A stretch of DNA of 64,000 nt from an uncultured Gemmatimonadales bacterium. GTDB lineage: Bacteria > Gemmatimonadota > Gemmatimonadetes > Longimicrobiales > Gaopeijiaceae. Positions within the stretch are counted from its first letter, which is position 1; each line of letters starts with the position of its first letter. The notes beneath the pieces are model-generated. The model searched no databases. It saw nothing but the letters and a program-made list of their open reading frames with translations, and had not been told where the DNA came from. The position numbers and the translations under genes were made by a program. The stretch is from contig CAWELD010000010.1 of assembly GCA_963809895.1 (NCBI GenBank), forward strand, positions 864,001 through 928,000, written 5' to 3'. Below are positions 1-10,221 of the stretch, one piece after another.

Positions 1-662
1 ATGGTGCGCTCCACTCCACGGCTCCCACCTTCGTCGTCACTGACGAGGAGCTTCACGTCGAAGCGACCCGAGCGCTCGAACTCGTGCTCTATGCGCCACT
101 GGTCGGTGATGACGTCCGGTTCACCTCCATCGAAGTCCCATGCGTACAGGAGCTCGTCCTTGTCGACATCGTTGGCCAGCGCCGTCAGCTCGAAGGTCGT
201 GCCGTCGGGATCGATCTGGATCGCCCCGATCTGCAGCTCCCAGGGACTCCGGTTGCGTACCGTGACGTCCTTTTCTCCTTCGGCGAAGAGCTGCCCGTCG
301 CTCCATGCCTCCACGCGCAAGGTGTAGTCTCCGCTTTCCGAATAGGCATGCGTGACAGCCGGCCGCTCTCCGGTGGAAATCGTGCCGGGGTGGTCGCCGA
401 AGCTCCACCGGAACTCGATGGGGCGCTCGTAGTCCACTGGCAGCGAACCGGTCCCGGCCGGGTCGGCGGGGATGGAGAGGGTCAGCCCCGCCGGGGACGA
501 TGCCACGGGCCGCGGTCGCAGCACTGCCACCCACTGACGTTCCACGTGCTCCCCCGCGGATGCCCCACCGACGATGGTGATCGGCTGGGGTCGGCTCTGC
601 GCGCCGACGGCGGTGGGGAGCGCGGCGCCGAGACACAGGGCCGTCAGGAGTCGCCGAGTCAT
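1..662 (-). CDS. Secreted PKD-domain protein (runs off the left edge)
   Basis: Not in the ORF track; translated by hand from ATG 662 (GGAGG upstream). MTRRLLTALCLGAALPTAVGAQ signal peptide; PKD-like repeats FRWSFGD...VTHAYSESGDYTLRV and YAWDFDG...HEFERSGRFDVKLLVSDDEG. Confidence 0.75.
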   Translation of the reverse strand, partial: MTRRLLTALCLGAALPTAVGAQSRPQPITIVGGASAGEHVERQWVAVLRPRPVASSPAGLTLSIPADPAGTGSLPVDYERPIEFRWSFGDHPGTISTGERPAVTHAYSESGDYTLRVEAWSDGQLFAEGEKDVTVRNRSPWELQIGAIQIDPDGTTFELTALANDVDKDELLYAWDFDGGEPDVITDQWRIEHEFERSGRFDVKLLVSDDEGGSRGVERT

Positions 663-700
663 GGGTCCTCCGGGAGGGAAGAGGTGGGGTGGGGCTGCGG

Positions 701-1417
701 TCAGCCGCCCAGTCGTCGGGCCAGCTCGATGGCGAGCGCCTTGTTCTCCTCCGGATCGTCCCGCACCTGGACGGTGACCGCGAAGCGCACGCCGTCGCTT
801 GCCACCTGGAGCTCGTTCGCCTCCGAAGACCAGGCGGCGCGGTCTCCGACGCCGTCGATCCAACTGTCGAACACGATCTGGGCCGTGTGGGTCTCGCCCT
901 GGACCTCGAAGTCGATCCCCTCGGTCAGCTTCCCGACCGCGTTCTCGAGATCCGCCACCGCCTCCTGGGCCGAGCCGCGAACCGGGTTCACGATCGTGAG
1001 TCCCACCGTGTTGGAGGTCCCCGGGCAGGCCGGCATCGGCTCGTCGAACTTCTCCTGATGGAGCATGGCCTGCACCCTCCGCTTCGAGTAGTCCATCATG
1101 CTCTCTTTGCATGCGGCCTCCCGCGCCTCCTTGTCGGGCTTGTCCCACGCCGCGATGCAGACGGCGTGAGGGATGCGCGTGATCTGCATGGGGCGGTGCC
1201 TCAACTCCTGCCCGTCGACCGGGAAGATCGCGCTCACGAGTTCCGGGCTGAGCACCCCGCACGCTTCCTGATGGCGGGCCGTGCCCTCGATGGCGACGAT
1301 GCGCGCGGCCTCGGCGCGGGTGAGCAGGGCGGAATCCTGCGCGGCCCCGTCGAGGGGGGTCAGCGCAAACGCGAGGGTGGTCGTGCAGAGGGCGACGATC
1401 CGGATGGCTCGGTTCAT
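701..1417 (-). CDS. Secreted hypothetical protein
   Basis: MNRAIRIVALCTTTLAFALTPLDGAAQ signal peptide; four Cys in the mature part; same strand as, and 38 bp from, the PKD gene. Confidence 0.7.
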   Translation of the reverse strand: MNRAIRIVALCTTTLAFALTPLDGAAQDSALLTRAEAARIVAIEGTARHQEACGVLSPELVSAIFPVDGQELRHRPMQITRIPHAVCIAAWDKPDKEAREAACKESMMDYSKRRVQAMLHQEKFDEPMPACPGTSNTVGLTIVNPVRGSAQEAVADLENAVGKLTEGIDFEVQGETHTAQIVFDSWIDGVGDRAAWSSEANELQVASDGVRFAVTVQVRDDPEENKALAIELARRLGG

Positions 1418-1574
1418 TCTCAGCTCCCGCCAGGGTGTCCGGAGTCCGACGGAGGCCTCCGGAAGCGTGGCCGTTCGAGGGTTCGACGCGTCATCCTCTT
1501 CAGACGCGAAAACCTCGGCTCTGCCGCCATCCGGTGAGGCCAGCCCGCACCGCATGCGGGCGACATGCGCGCTC

Positions 1575-1603
1575 TTGACGACGCGCCTCTGCTACCATAG
1601 CGT
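1575..1603 (+). promoter_or_regulatory. Putative sigma70 promoter of the PadR operon
   Basis: TTGACG-N17-TAGCGT, ending about 40 bp upstream of ATG 1642. Confidence 0.5.
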
Positions 1604-1641
1604 GCAGGTACCATGCATAACCAAGTAGATGCGGGAAGCGC

Positions 1642-1992
1642 ATGATCCAGGATTTCCGGGACAACTGGATCACCCAACTCCGGAAGGGCGTGCTCGAGCT
1701 CATCGTGCTCCAGACGCTGAGCCGCGGTCGCTGTTACGGCTACGAGCTGGTGCAGCGACTCTCCGCTGTTACGCCCCTCCAGGTCGGTGAGGGCACCGTT
1801 TATCCGCTCCTCAACCGCCTGAAGCGCGAGGGGTTGGTGACGAGCGAGCTGGAGGAATCTCCGGAGGGGCCGGCGCGGAAGTACTACCGCATCACCCGGA
1901 GTGGAGCGGAGGAGCTCGCCTGGATGCTACAGCGGTGGAGCGGATTGGTGGAAGGAGTGCGAGACCACGTGGAGGGCGGGGACGATGACTGA
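1642..1992 (+). CDS. PadR-family transcriptional regulator
   Basis: QLRKGVLELIVL..YGYEL..EGTVYPLLNRL..GPARKYYRIT winged-helix motifs. Confidence 0.93.
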   Translation: MIQDFRDNWITQLRKGVLELIVLQTLSRGRCYGYELVQRLSAVTPLQVGEGTVYPLLNRLKREGLVTSELEESPEGPARKYYRITRSGAEELAWMLQRWSGLVEGVRDHVEGGDDD

Positions 1993-2737
1993 CGGACTCA
2001 CGCCGGAGGCGCGCGGGGAGGTCGATCGCTACGTCGCCGAGATGCGCGCCGTTCTTCGAGGCAGCCCGTTGGACCTGGACGAGGTCGAAGCCGACATCCG
2101 CGATCATGTGCGCGAGGCGGCTTCGCGATCGGGCGCCGCCGCCATGGGTCGCGACGAGGTCGACGAGGTGCTGGATCGCCTGGGCGCTCCCAGCCGATGG
2201 CTGGATGGTGTCGAGGCCGGACCTGAGGAAGCTCGTCGCGGCGACACCGGAGAAGCAGCAGATGGGGTCGGACGCGCGCTACGGCGACCGTGGCTGGTCT
2301 TCGTCCTCACCATCGTCGGGTTGGGCCTGTTTCCCTGGGTCGGGCCGCTGGTGCTGTTGGCGGCCTGGCTCCTGGCCCGCGCGGTGGCCGGTGACGTGGC
2401 CGGCCAGCAGGATTCCGCCGGCTCCGCGCCCTGGCTCGTCCGGCCCGTCCTCGTTCTCGGCTCTGCGATCCTCGTCGGCCTGCTTCTCCTGTGGCCGGTT
2501 CCGCCGCTCCTGGACGTGGGCGCGCGCATCGGGGAAGGGGCGCGGCGCCTGTCTCCGTCACTCGTCGGGGTCGGCCTCTGGTGGATAGCCCTGGGACAGC
2601 TGGTCCGGTGGAAGACGGAGCGATTCCGGTGGCTGTTGACCCCATTCCCGCTGCGATCGTCGCACGCTTCCCGGCTCTCGTGGCTCGGGGTCCTGGCGAC
2701 GGTGGTCGGGCTCGCGATGTATCTCTCAACCCTTTGA
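1985..2737 (+). CDS. PadR-associated membrane protein with HAAS/DUF1700-like N-terminal domain
   Basis: VDRYVAEMRAVL..EVEADIRDHV..VLDRLGAP helical module followed by several hydrophobic segments; overlaps the PadR stop. Confidence 0.75.
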   Translation: MTDGLTPEARGEVDRYVAEMRAVLRGSPLDLDEVEADIRDHVREAASRSGAAAMGRDEVDEVLDRLGAPSRWLDGVEAGPEEARRGDTGEAADGVGRALRRPWLVFVLTIVGLGLFPWVGPLVLLAAWLLARAVAGDVAGQQDSAGSAPWLVRPVLVLGSAILVGLLLLWPVPPLLDVGARIGEGARRLSPSLVGVGLWWIALGQLVRWKTERFRWLLTPFPLRSSHASRLSWLGVLATVVGLAMYLSTL

Positions 2738-2745
2738 CGGTGGGA

Positions 2746-4228
2746 ATGACGATGACGTGTGTGGCATCGAGGGCGAGGACGTTGGCCGTGGCCCTGGCGT
2801 TCGCCTTGTTGGCGCCGAGCGTGGCGCGGGGGCAGGACGCCGGCTTGGCGAGTTGGATCGGCCGGTACGAGTTCAGTGGGACGATGGGCGAGCGTTCCAT
2901 GGAGGGCGTCATCGAGCTGATGGCTGGTGAGATCGAGGACTCCATCGTCGGAGAGCTACGCCTCGGCGCTCTGCCGCCGGCGGAGGTGCTCTCGGCGCAT
3001 CTCGCGGATCCGACCGAGCCCCGGACGGTGACGCTCGACCTTCGGCTCCCCGAGGGTCCGGGGACCGCCGTGTTGACACTGGGGGAGGACGACGCGATCA
3101 CGGGCGAGATCCGGGTGGGGCCGAACGTGATTCCGCTCCAGGGTCGGAAGGTCCGGTCGGGGCCCCCGCCCGCCATCGACTCCTTCCTGACCAGTGTCCG
3201 GTCCCGGGTCGACGCCATGGCCGCGCAGGCGCTCGAGGAGCAGGGTGAGCCGGGACTGGCGGTTGCCGCGGTCGAAGGGGATGGGCGGTGGGTCGCGGGA
3301 TACGGGACGCGAGAGTTCGGGACGGATCAGCCCGTCACCGGCGAGACCATGTTCCAGGTGGGCTCGATCTCCAAGGTCCTGACGGCGTGGGGGGTGATGC
3401 GGCTCGCGGACGCCGGCCGGATCGAGTTGGATGCGCCGGTGAACCGATACCTGCTTCGATGGACGGTCCCGTCGGGTGCCTTCGACGCCGACGGCGTCAC
3501 GGTGCGCCGGCTGCTGAGCCATACGGCGGGCCTCAACGTGCCGAGCATCTCGGGCGTGGATACGGCCGCGGACATTCCGGGCCTGGTGGAGGAGCTGGAA
3601 GGGCGAGGGCGGGGCGACGAGTGGGCCGTTCACATCGTCCAGGAGCCGGGCACCGGATTCCTCTATTCGGGCGGCGGATACATGGTGTTGCAGCTTCTGG
3701 TCGAGGACGTGACGGGACGCGCAGTTCGCCGACTACATGCAGGACGAGGTCCTGGCGCCGCTGGGCATGACGAGCAGCTCCTTCGGCTGGAACGAGACCG
3801 TGGCCGAGCGCGTGGCGACCCCTCACAGCTCCATCGAGGAGAGGAACCGACGCCACCGCCTCTTCGCCGGCGTCGCCGGCGCCGGACTCTACACCACGGC
3901 CGAGGATCTCGCGGCCTTTCTCGCGGCTCATTTCGAGGGCCCGCACGGTGAGCCGGCTGGCCGTGGGGTCGTCGCACCGTCGACGCTGGAGGCGATGACG
4001 ACTGCCGATCCGGTTGCCGAGTCCTATGGCCTGGGCTACGAGATCTATCCGCTTCCCGACGGCTCCTGGGCGGCCGGCCACGGCGGATCGAACGTGGGCT
4101 GGAAGGCGAATCTCATCGTGCTGCCGAAGAGGAAGCTCGGGTTCGCCGTGGTCTCCAACGATGACGAAGGGCGGGCTCGCGCTGCCGTGGTCAACGTCGT
4201 TCGGGATATCCTGGCGCGGATGCTCTGA
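2746..4228 (+). CDS. Beta-lactamase-like serine hydrolase (frameshift near 3720)
   Basis: Signal peptide, FQVGSISK (SxxK), LLSHTAG, YSGGGY; continues in another frame as FADYMQDEVLAPLGM...GHGG. Confidence 0.85.
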
Positions 4229-4622
4229 CCGCCGCGTCCATGCGGCGCACCCAGAACCAGGGGGCCACACCGATCCCGATGAGCACCGCCAGCCAGAAGC
4301 GGCCGGCCAGGACGTTGTAGTCGGCCAGCAGGCGGCTCCATGAATGGCCGACCACCCAGTGACCGAAGCCGAACTCGAACAGGATGGTGAGCCCGACCCA
4401 CATCATCCCGATGCCGGCGGCGCTGCGCCGGGTCAGCCGCCGGCGTTCCCAGCCCACGTAGACCCGCACCGCCGCGAAGATGAGGATCAGGGCCGTGACG
4501 CAGCTCACGACATGGGCGGCTTCCTCGCTCATGTACGGACCATATCCCATCTGCCGGACGATGCCGTTCAGGACGCCGATGACGGCGAGCAGGAGCCAGA
4601 ACAGCAGGGCCTTGCCGATCAT
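4191..4622 (-). CDS. Small integral membrane protein
   Basis: MIGKALLFWLLLAVIGVLNG..., about four TM segments, LTILFEFGFGH..LLADYN motif. Confidence 0.75.
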   Translation of the reverse strand: MIGKALLFWLLLAVIGVLNGIVRQMGYGPYMSEEAAHVVSCVTALILIFAAVRVYVGWERRRLTRRSAAGIGMMWVGLTILFEFGFGHWVVGHSWSRLLADYNVLAGRFWLAVLIGIGVAPWFWVRRMDAAVRASAPGYPERR

Positions 4623-4868
4623 GAGAACCTCTACACGGACAAGCGCGTCACAATTCGCAGGGGGGAGGAGCCCCGATCCGAAACCTGGCGAGCAAGGTCG
4701 TGGCACGCTGTCGGGAGGGTTCCGCGCCGGTGTGTCTCGTTGACACGTGACCCCGTGCCCGAACGCCGGCGGGACCCGCCCGGGCACTGATTCAGGGGTT
4801 CTCCCCACAGCGGACCGAGCGGCCTCCATCGCATCATCGAGCAGGGATACACGCCGCCGGAGGCCATC

Positions 4869-5525
4869 GTGATTTCCGTGCCGTTCACTGCCGACGAGTT
4901 CTTCCGCGTCTTCGAAGCCTACAATCGCTCCGTCTGGCCTGCGCAGCTCCTGCTGCTCGCCGCCGCCCTGGCGGCGCTCTCGGGTCCGCTTCGCCGGGCA
5001 CGGCGCGACCGATGGGTCCCAGCCATCCTTGGGGGACTGTGGCTCTGGGCTGGTGTCGCCTACCACATCCTCCATTTTTCGGCCATCAACGGCGCCGCCG
5101 TCGTGTTCGGAGCGCTCTTCGTCGTCCAGGGCGCGCTGCTTCTCGTCTGGGGCGTCGTCAAGGGAGGCATGAGCTTCCCGGCGGAGAGGGGCGTTGACGG
5201 TCGCGTGCTGGCCGGCTGGCTGATCGTAGCCTACGCCTTGCTCGTCTACCCGGTTCTGTCGTGGGCTACAGAGCACCCGTGGATGGCGAGTCCTACGTTC
5301 GGCGCTCCCTGCCCGACGGTGATCTACACGTTCGGGATGCTCTTGCTCGTCGGGTCGGTCCCGTGGTGGATTCTCGTCGTCCCTGTGGCGTGGGCCATCG
5401 TCGGTTCATCGGCCGTCTTCGCCCTCGGCGTGGTTCAGGACGCCGGCCTCCTCGTGAGCGCGCTCGTGTGCCTCGCTTTTGTCGTCCGCGAGCGGAGTCG
5501 GCGTCCGGATTCCGCCTTGGGTTGA
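4869..5525 (+). CDS. DUF6064-like membrane protein
   Basis: PFTADEFFRVFEAYNRSVWPAQ N-terminus, FGAPCPTVIYTFG motif, multiple TM helices; GGAGG before GTG. Confidence 0.75.
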   Translation: MISVPFTADEFFRVFEAYNRSVWPAQLLLLAAALAALSGPLRRARRDRWVPAILGGLWLWAGVAYHILHFSAINGAAVVFGALFVVQGALLLVWGVVKGGMSFPAERGVDGRVLAGWLIVAYALLVYPVLSWATEHPWMASPTFGAPCPTVIYTFGMLLLVGSVPWWILVVPVAWAIVGSSAVFALGVVQDAGLLVSALVCLAFVVRERSRRPDSALG

Positions 5526-5561
5526 CGGCCGTCGAGGCCGCCGGACCTTCCGATGACGCAC

Positions 5562-5598
5562 CCCGCCCGCGCCGACCGATGGGTCGGGCGCGGGCGGG
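5562..5598. terminator. GC-rich hairpin between convergent genes
   Basis: CCCGCCCGCGCCGACC / GGTCGGGCGCGGGCGGG arms with one bulge; no U-tract. Confidence 0.45.
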
Positions 5599-5629
5599 CG
5601 GCGGGACCTCCGGCCCGGGCTGTCCGCGC

Positions 5630-6550
5630 CTACCTCGGATTGCGCCGACTCGACCAGGCGGGTTGGGAACCGTCTTCGAACGTGGCCTGGGCGATGTTCG
5701 TGCCGTCAGCGTTCATCGTGAAGATCTGACCGGTACCGTCGACGCTGCGCCTGAAGCTGATCTGTCGTCCGTCCGGTGACCAGGATGGGTTCCGACCGCC
5801 CTCGAAGGTGAGAGCCGCTTCGCCGGTGCCGTCGTCATTGATCACGAAGATCTCTCGGCCGACCCCTGAGAGGAGGCGGGTGAACGCGATCTGGTGGCCG
5901 TCCGGCGACCACGCGGGATCCTCTGCGCTGGTGTCGAAATACGTCAGACGAGTGACGTCCGTACCGTCGGCGTTCATGACATAGAGTTCAGGGCTCCCGG
6001 CCCGAGTGCTGGAGAATGCAATGCGCTTTCCGTCGGGTGACCAGGCAGGGTCGGTGTCGACGCCCGGCGCGTTCGTGAGCTGCTCGACGCCCGAACCGTC
6101 CGCGTTCATCACAAAGAGCTCGAAGTCGCCGGTGCGATCGCTGGAGAATACGATTCTGCCCCCGTTGGATCCCTTGGGCGACCAGTCCGGGGTGAGATCA
6201 TTGTAGGGCCCACGCGTCAGGGGCGTGCGCTCCGTGCCGTCGGAGTTCATGGCGACGATGTGGAAGTAGACGCTGAGGTCGCTGGAGACGAAGACCAGGC
6301 GGCTGCCATCGGGCGACCAGGAGGGTTGGATCTCGGTGAGACTCGTGGACGTGAGCCGATTCACGGCCGAACCGTCCGGCTTCATGGTATAGATGTCCGG
6401 GCTGCCCGCTCTGCTGCTGGAAAAGGCGATGAGACCGGCGTTGTCACCCTTGGCGAACGAGGGCTCGGCAAGGAAGGCCGGTGTAGTCGGGGCGTCGCTG
6501 CAACCGAACAGCGCCAACAGCGCGGCGCCGACAAGCAGACGTCGATCCAT
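5630..6550 (-). CDS. TolB-like PD40-repeat beta-propeller lipoprotein
   Basis: MDRRLLVGAALLALFGC lipobox; repeated PSWSPDG/PAWSPDG..IAF..YVMNADG units. Confidence 0.88.
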   Translation of the reverse strand: MDRRLLVGAALLALFGCSDAPTTPAFLAEPSFAKGDNAGLIAFSSSRAGSPDIYTMKPDGSAVNRLTSTSLTEIQPSWSPDGSRLVFVSSDLSVYFHIVAMNSDGTERTPLTRGPYNDLTPDWSPKGSNGGRIVFSSDRTGDFELFVMNADGSGVEQLTNAPGVDTDPAWSPDGKRIAFSSTRAGSPELYVMNADGTDVTRLTYFDTSAEDPAWSPDGHQIAFTRLLSGVGREIFVINDDGTGEAALTFEGGRNPSWSPDGRQISFRRSVDGTGQIFTMNADGTNIAQATFEDGSQPAWSSRRNPR

Positions 6551-6733
6551 GGGTGTTACCTCCGTGTTCTGGGACACCTCGCATCGCAAGGCGGCTGCGG
6601 TTGCCCGCTGAGAACGGCTCTGCGACGGTGCGGCCCGTGAGACGATGTCCAGGCCCGTCGGTCTGGCTTTCATCCTCACACACGCAGAATCTTGGGAATC
6701 GGGCTCACCACCTACACCAGCTTTCGGATCGAG

Positions 6734-7318
6734 ATGGCCACGTCCGACGACATCACGACGATGCTCGAGGCCGTGCGCGACGGCGACCGGGACGCCATCG
6801 ACGCGCTGTTTCCGGTGCTGTACGGGGAGCTGAGGAGGCTCGCACAGGCTCAGCGCAACGAGTGGCGGGGCGAGCACACCCTCAACACCACCGCCCTCGT
6901 CCACGAGGCGTACCTCAAGCTGGTGCGGCAGGATCGTGTGGGCTTGAACGAGCGGAGCCATTTCTTCGCGCTGGCCGCCAAGGCCATGCGGCATATCCTC
7001 ACGGACTATGCGCGGCGCAGACAGGCCCAGAAGCGGGGGGGAGGCGTCAGGCCCGTCGAATTGAAAGAGGCGGAGGCGGCCAACCCCGTATCGGCCGAGA
7101 GCGCGACCGAGCTGCTGGCGCTCGAGGACGCACTCGCACGCCTGGAGGCGGCCAACGAACGGCAAGCCCGCGTCGTTGAATGCCGCTTCTTCGCGGGATT
7201 GCGCGTGCCCGAGACCGCGATGGCGCTGGGCATCTCGGAAGCGACGGTGAAACGCGACTGGCGCGTCGCGCGTGCCATCCTGCGAGACGCCCTCGACCCT
7301 CCCTCGCCGAGGCATTGA
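6734..7318 (+). CDS. ECF sigma factor of the kinase-associated type
   Basis: LYGELRRLA, HTLNTTALVHEAYLKL, HFFALAAKAMRHIL, VVECRFFAGL, SEATVKRDWRVARA. Confidence 0.9.
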   Translation: MATSDDITTMLEAVRDGDRDAIDALFPVLYGELRRLAQAQRNEWRGEHTLNTTALVHEAYLKLVRQDRVGLNERSHFFALAAKAMRHILTDYARRRQAQKRGGGVRPVELKEAEAANPVSAESATELLALEDALARLEAANERQARVVECRFFAGLRVPETAMALGISEATVKRDWRVARAILRDALDPPSPRH

Positions 7319-10095
7319 TGTCCGACGAGCGAACGCGGCGCACCTACGCTCTGTTCGAGCGAGCGCTCGAGGTCGACCCGGCCGAGCGGGCGGCCTTCCT
7401 TTCGAGGTCGTGCCCGGATGATCCGGAGCTCCGTGCCCGTGTGGAGGCACTCCTGGCCGCCGACGAGGGGGCCGACGCGTACTTCGCGGACCTCGCGCGC
7501 CGAGCTGGCCTGCCGGGCGTCGACGCAGGCACGTCCGCCGCGGGTGAGCGCATCGGCCCGTATCGCATCGTCGACGAGATCGGCCGGGGCGGCATGGGGA
7601 TCGTCTATCTGGCAGAGCGCGCCGACGGCCAATTCGAGCAGTCCGTCGCCCTCAAGCTCATCCGCCGGGGGATGGACGGCGAGACGGCGCGTCGGCGCTT
7701 CCTGCGCGAGCGACAGATCCTGGCGCGGCTGCAACACCCCGGTATCGCCCGGATCTATGACGGCGGCGTGACCGACGACGGCCTGCCCTGGTTCGCCATG
7801 GAGTACATCGACGGGGTGCCCATCGACCGCTTCTGCGACGAGGGCCGGCTCGGGGTGGATTCCCGACTGGAGCTGTTCCGGGAGGTCTGCCGAGCCGTCC
7901 AGTACGCGCACGGGAACCTGGTGATCCACCGCGATCTCAAGCCCGGCAACATCCTCGTGTCGAGCGATGGCGGAGTGAAGCTCCTGGACTTCGGCATCGC
8001 CAGGCTGCTCGACGATTCTGCCCCCGCCGATATCACGCAGACCGTTGCGAGAATGTTGACGCCTGCCTGGTCGGCGCCGGAGCAGGTCCGGGGAGCTCCT
8101 GTCACGACGGCTACCGATGTCTATGCCCTGGGTCTGATTCTCTATGAGCTGCTCTCGGGGCGTCGCGCCCAGGGCATGACGGACGGATCGCCCGAATCCC
8201 TGCACCGCGAGATCGTCGAGCGAATGCCGGAGTCGCCGAGCGCGGCCGTCGCCGAGACGCTGGAAGGCCCGGGTCTCTCAGCGGCCACCATCGCCGATGC
8301 CCGTGACACCAGGCCGGGGCGTCTCCGGCGCCGACTCACGGGAGATCTCGATACCATCTGCCGCACGACCCTGCGCAAGGAGCCCGAGCGACGCTATGCC
8401 TCGGCGGAAGCTCTGGCCCAGGACATCACTCGCCACCTCGAAGGCCTGCCGATCCTCGCTCGCCCCGACTCGGCGGGCTACCGGCTGACGAAGTTCATGG
8501 GCCGCCATCGCGTGGCGGTGGGTGCGGCTGCCCTCGTCGTCGTGGTCCTGGCGACGGGCGTGGTGGCCGCCCTCTGGCAGGCGAAGGTGGCGGCGCGGGA
8601 GCGTGACGCTGCCGAGGCAGTCACCGCCTTCATGGTCGAGCTCTTCCAGACCGCCGATCCGTCGGTTTCGGGTGGGGAGGACGTGACCGCCCGCGAGCTG
8701 CTGGATCGGGGGGCGCAACGCATCGAACGGCGGCTGGCGGGCCAACCGGATGTGCAAGCGAAGCTGCTGAGCACCGTCGGCCAGGTCTATCTGCAACTCG
8801 GGCTGCACGACTCGGCTCGACCACTGCTCGAACATGCACTGCAACTCGAGCACGCACAGGGAGTTGCCGGCCCGGAGGTTTCCGCCACGGCGCTGCTCCT
8901 GGGAAAGGCCCTCGCGGATGCGGGCGATACGGAAGGCGCCCGCGCCCGGCTCGAAGAGGCTCTGGAGATCCGGCGTGGACTCTACGGCGAGACACATCCT
9001 GACGTGGCGGAGAGCATGTTCGAGCTGGCCTCGGTTCTCCACATGACAGCGGACCGGGCTCTCGGCGATACGCTTTTCGAGCAATGGATGGCTCTGCAGG
9101 ATCTGCTGCGCACGCCTGCAGGTACGGCGCAGGCCGACCGTCTGCTCCAGACGGGTCAGTACCTGCGCGGCAAGGAGCGAATGGCGGAAGCGGAGCAGTA
9201 CATGCGTGAGGCCCTCGCCATGAGCCGGTCTCTGCATGGCGACCGACACCCGTCGGTGGTCGCTTCGCTGCTGGCGCTCGGCGGATTGCTCACCAATACG
9301 GACCGGCTCGAGGAGGCCAGGCGCACGTACGAGGAGGCTGCGCGCCTGGACCGGACGCTCTATCCAGACGGGCACGGCGGACTGGTGACAAGTCTGCTGG
9401 GGCTGTCCGCCATTGCCCGGCGCCAGGAGCGACTCACGATTGCCGACTCCCTTCTCGATGAAGCGCTCGCCATGGCTCCGCGGGTGCTCGGCGCCGGCGA
9501 CGTCCAGGTGGCCGTTCTCTACTACAACCGCGGCCAGGTCCGCTACGCCCTCGATCGCTTCGAGGACGCACGCGCGGATTTCGCGCGTGCGACGGTGATC
9601 TGGACCGCGCAGCTCGGCCCGGATCACGTCTACGTGATGCATGCCAAGGCGGCGCAGGCCCACGCCCTCCGGGACGACGGCAGATTCGGTGAGGCCGAGG
9701 CGCTCTACCTCGCCGCGGAGGCCGGGTATCGCGCGGCCTACGGCGACAAGCACGCACTGGTCGGGTCGACCCTGCTGAACCTGGGGCGGCTGTACCGGAT
9801 GTCCGGCGACCCGGAGCGCGCCGCCGAAGTGCTGGAGGAGGCCACGGCTATCCTCATCGCAGCCCACGGCGACGATGCGGTCGAGGTTGCCGACGCCCGT
9901 CTGGCCCGGGGCCGGAGTCTGGCCGACCTCGGGCGGATGGAGGACGCGCGGATGGAACTCGAGGCGGCACACCCCGTCCTCCTTCGTGAGCGGGGCCCTG
10001 AGGATCCCACGACGCGGCAGGCCGCCGCCGCACTTGCGGAGATCTACGACGCCGCCGGCCGTCATGCGGAGGCCAACGCGCTACGCTCGGGTTGA
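7318..10095 (+). CDS. Ser/Thr protein kinase with TM helix and C-terminal TPR repeats
   Basis: IGRGGMGIVY, VALK, HRDLKPGN, DFG, APEQ; hydrophobic helix then TPR-like repeats; TGATG overlap with the sigma gene. Confidence 0.93.
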   Translation: MSDERTRRTYALFERALEVDPAERAAFLSRSCPDDPELRARVEALLAADEGADAYFADLARRAGLPGVDAGTSAAGERIGPYRIVDEIGRGGMGIVYLAERADGQFEQSVALKLIRRGMDGETARRRFLRERQILARLQHPGIARIYDGGVTDDGLPWFAMEYIDGVPIDRFCDEGRLGVDSRLELFREVCRAVQYAHGNLVIHRDLKPGNILVSSDGGVKLLDFGIARLLDDSAPADITQTVARMLTPAWSAPEQVRGAPVTTATDVYALGLILYELLSGRRAQGMTDGSPESLHREIVERMPESPSAAVAETLEGPGLSAATIADARDTRPGRLRRRLTGDLDTICRTTLRKEPERRYASAEALAQDITRHLEGLPILARPDSAGYRLTKFMGRHRVAVGAAALVVVVLATGVVAALWQAKVAARERDAAEAVTAFMVELFQTADPSVSGGEDVTARELLDRGAQRIERRLAGQPDVQAKLLSTVGQVYLQLGLHDSARPLLEHALQLEHAQGVAGPEVSATALLLGKALADAGDTEGARARLEEALEIRRGLYGETHPDVAESMFELASVLHMTADRALGDTLFEQWMALQDLLRTPAGTAQADRLLQTGQYLRGKERMAEAEQYMREALAMSRSLHGDRHPSVVASLLALGGLLTNTDRLEEARRTYEEAARLDRTLYPDGHGGLVTSLLGLSAIARRQERLTIADSLLDEALAMAPRVLGAGDVQVAVLYYNRGQVRYALDRFEDARADFARATVIWTAQLGPDHVYVMHAKAAQAHALRDDGRFGEAEALYLAAEAGYRAAYGDKHALVGSTLLNLGRLYRMSGDPERAAEVLEEATAILIAAHGDDAVEVADARLARGRSLADLGRMEDARMELEAAHPVLLRERGPEDPTTRQAAAALAEIYDAAGRHAEANALRSG

Positions 10096-10221
10096 CGCCG
10101 TCGTCCGGGGAGGCGGACGACGGGGAGATCCGGATCCGAAGCGTCGAGCCCCTGGGCGGAACCGGCCCGCGGCCGTATCGTGGCGTGTCCGTTCTTGTGC
10201 CTGGCAACGGGGAGGTCGTCG

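Noticed and set aside
3715..3725. Programmed frameshifting at the single frameshifts (about 3720, 22985, 29317, 34068, 52140)
   Set aside because: No slippery heptamer or shared context; the genes are unrelated; sequencing indels are the simpler explanation.
5650..6400. Repetitive DNA that might be an array
   Set aside because: Explained by protein-level PD40 repeats; no constant repeat with unique spacers, so not CRISPR.
6680..6710. ECF promoter for the TolB-like gene (TGAGCC...GCGT on the minus strand)
   Set aside because: Single copy with no second instance to corroborate it.
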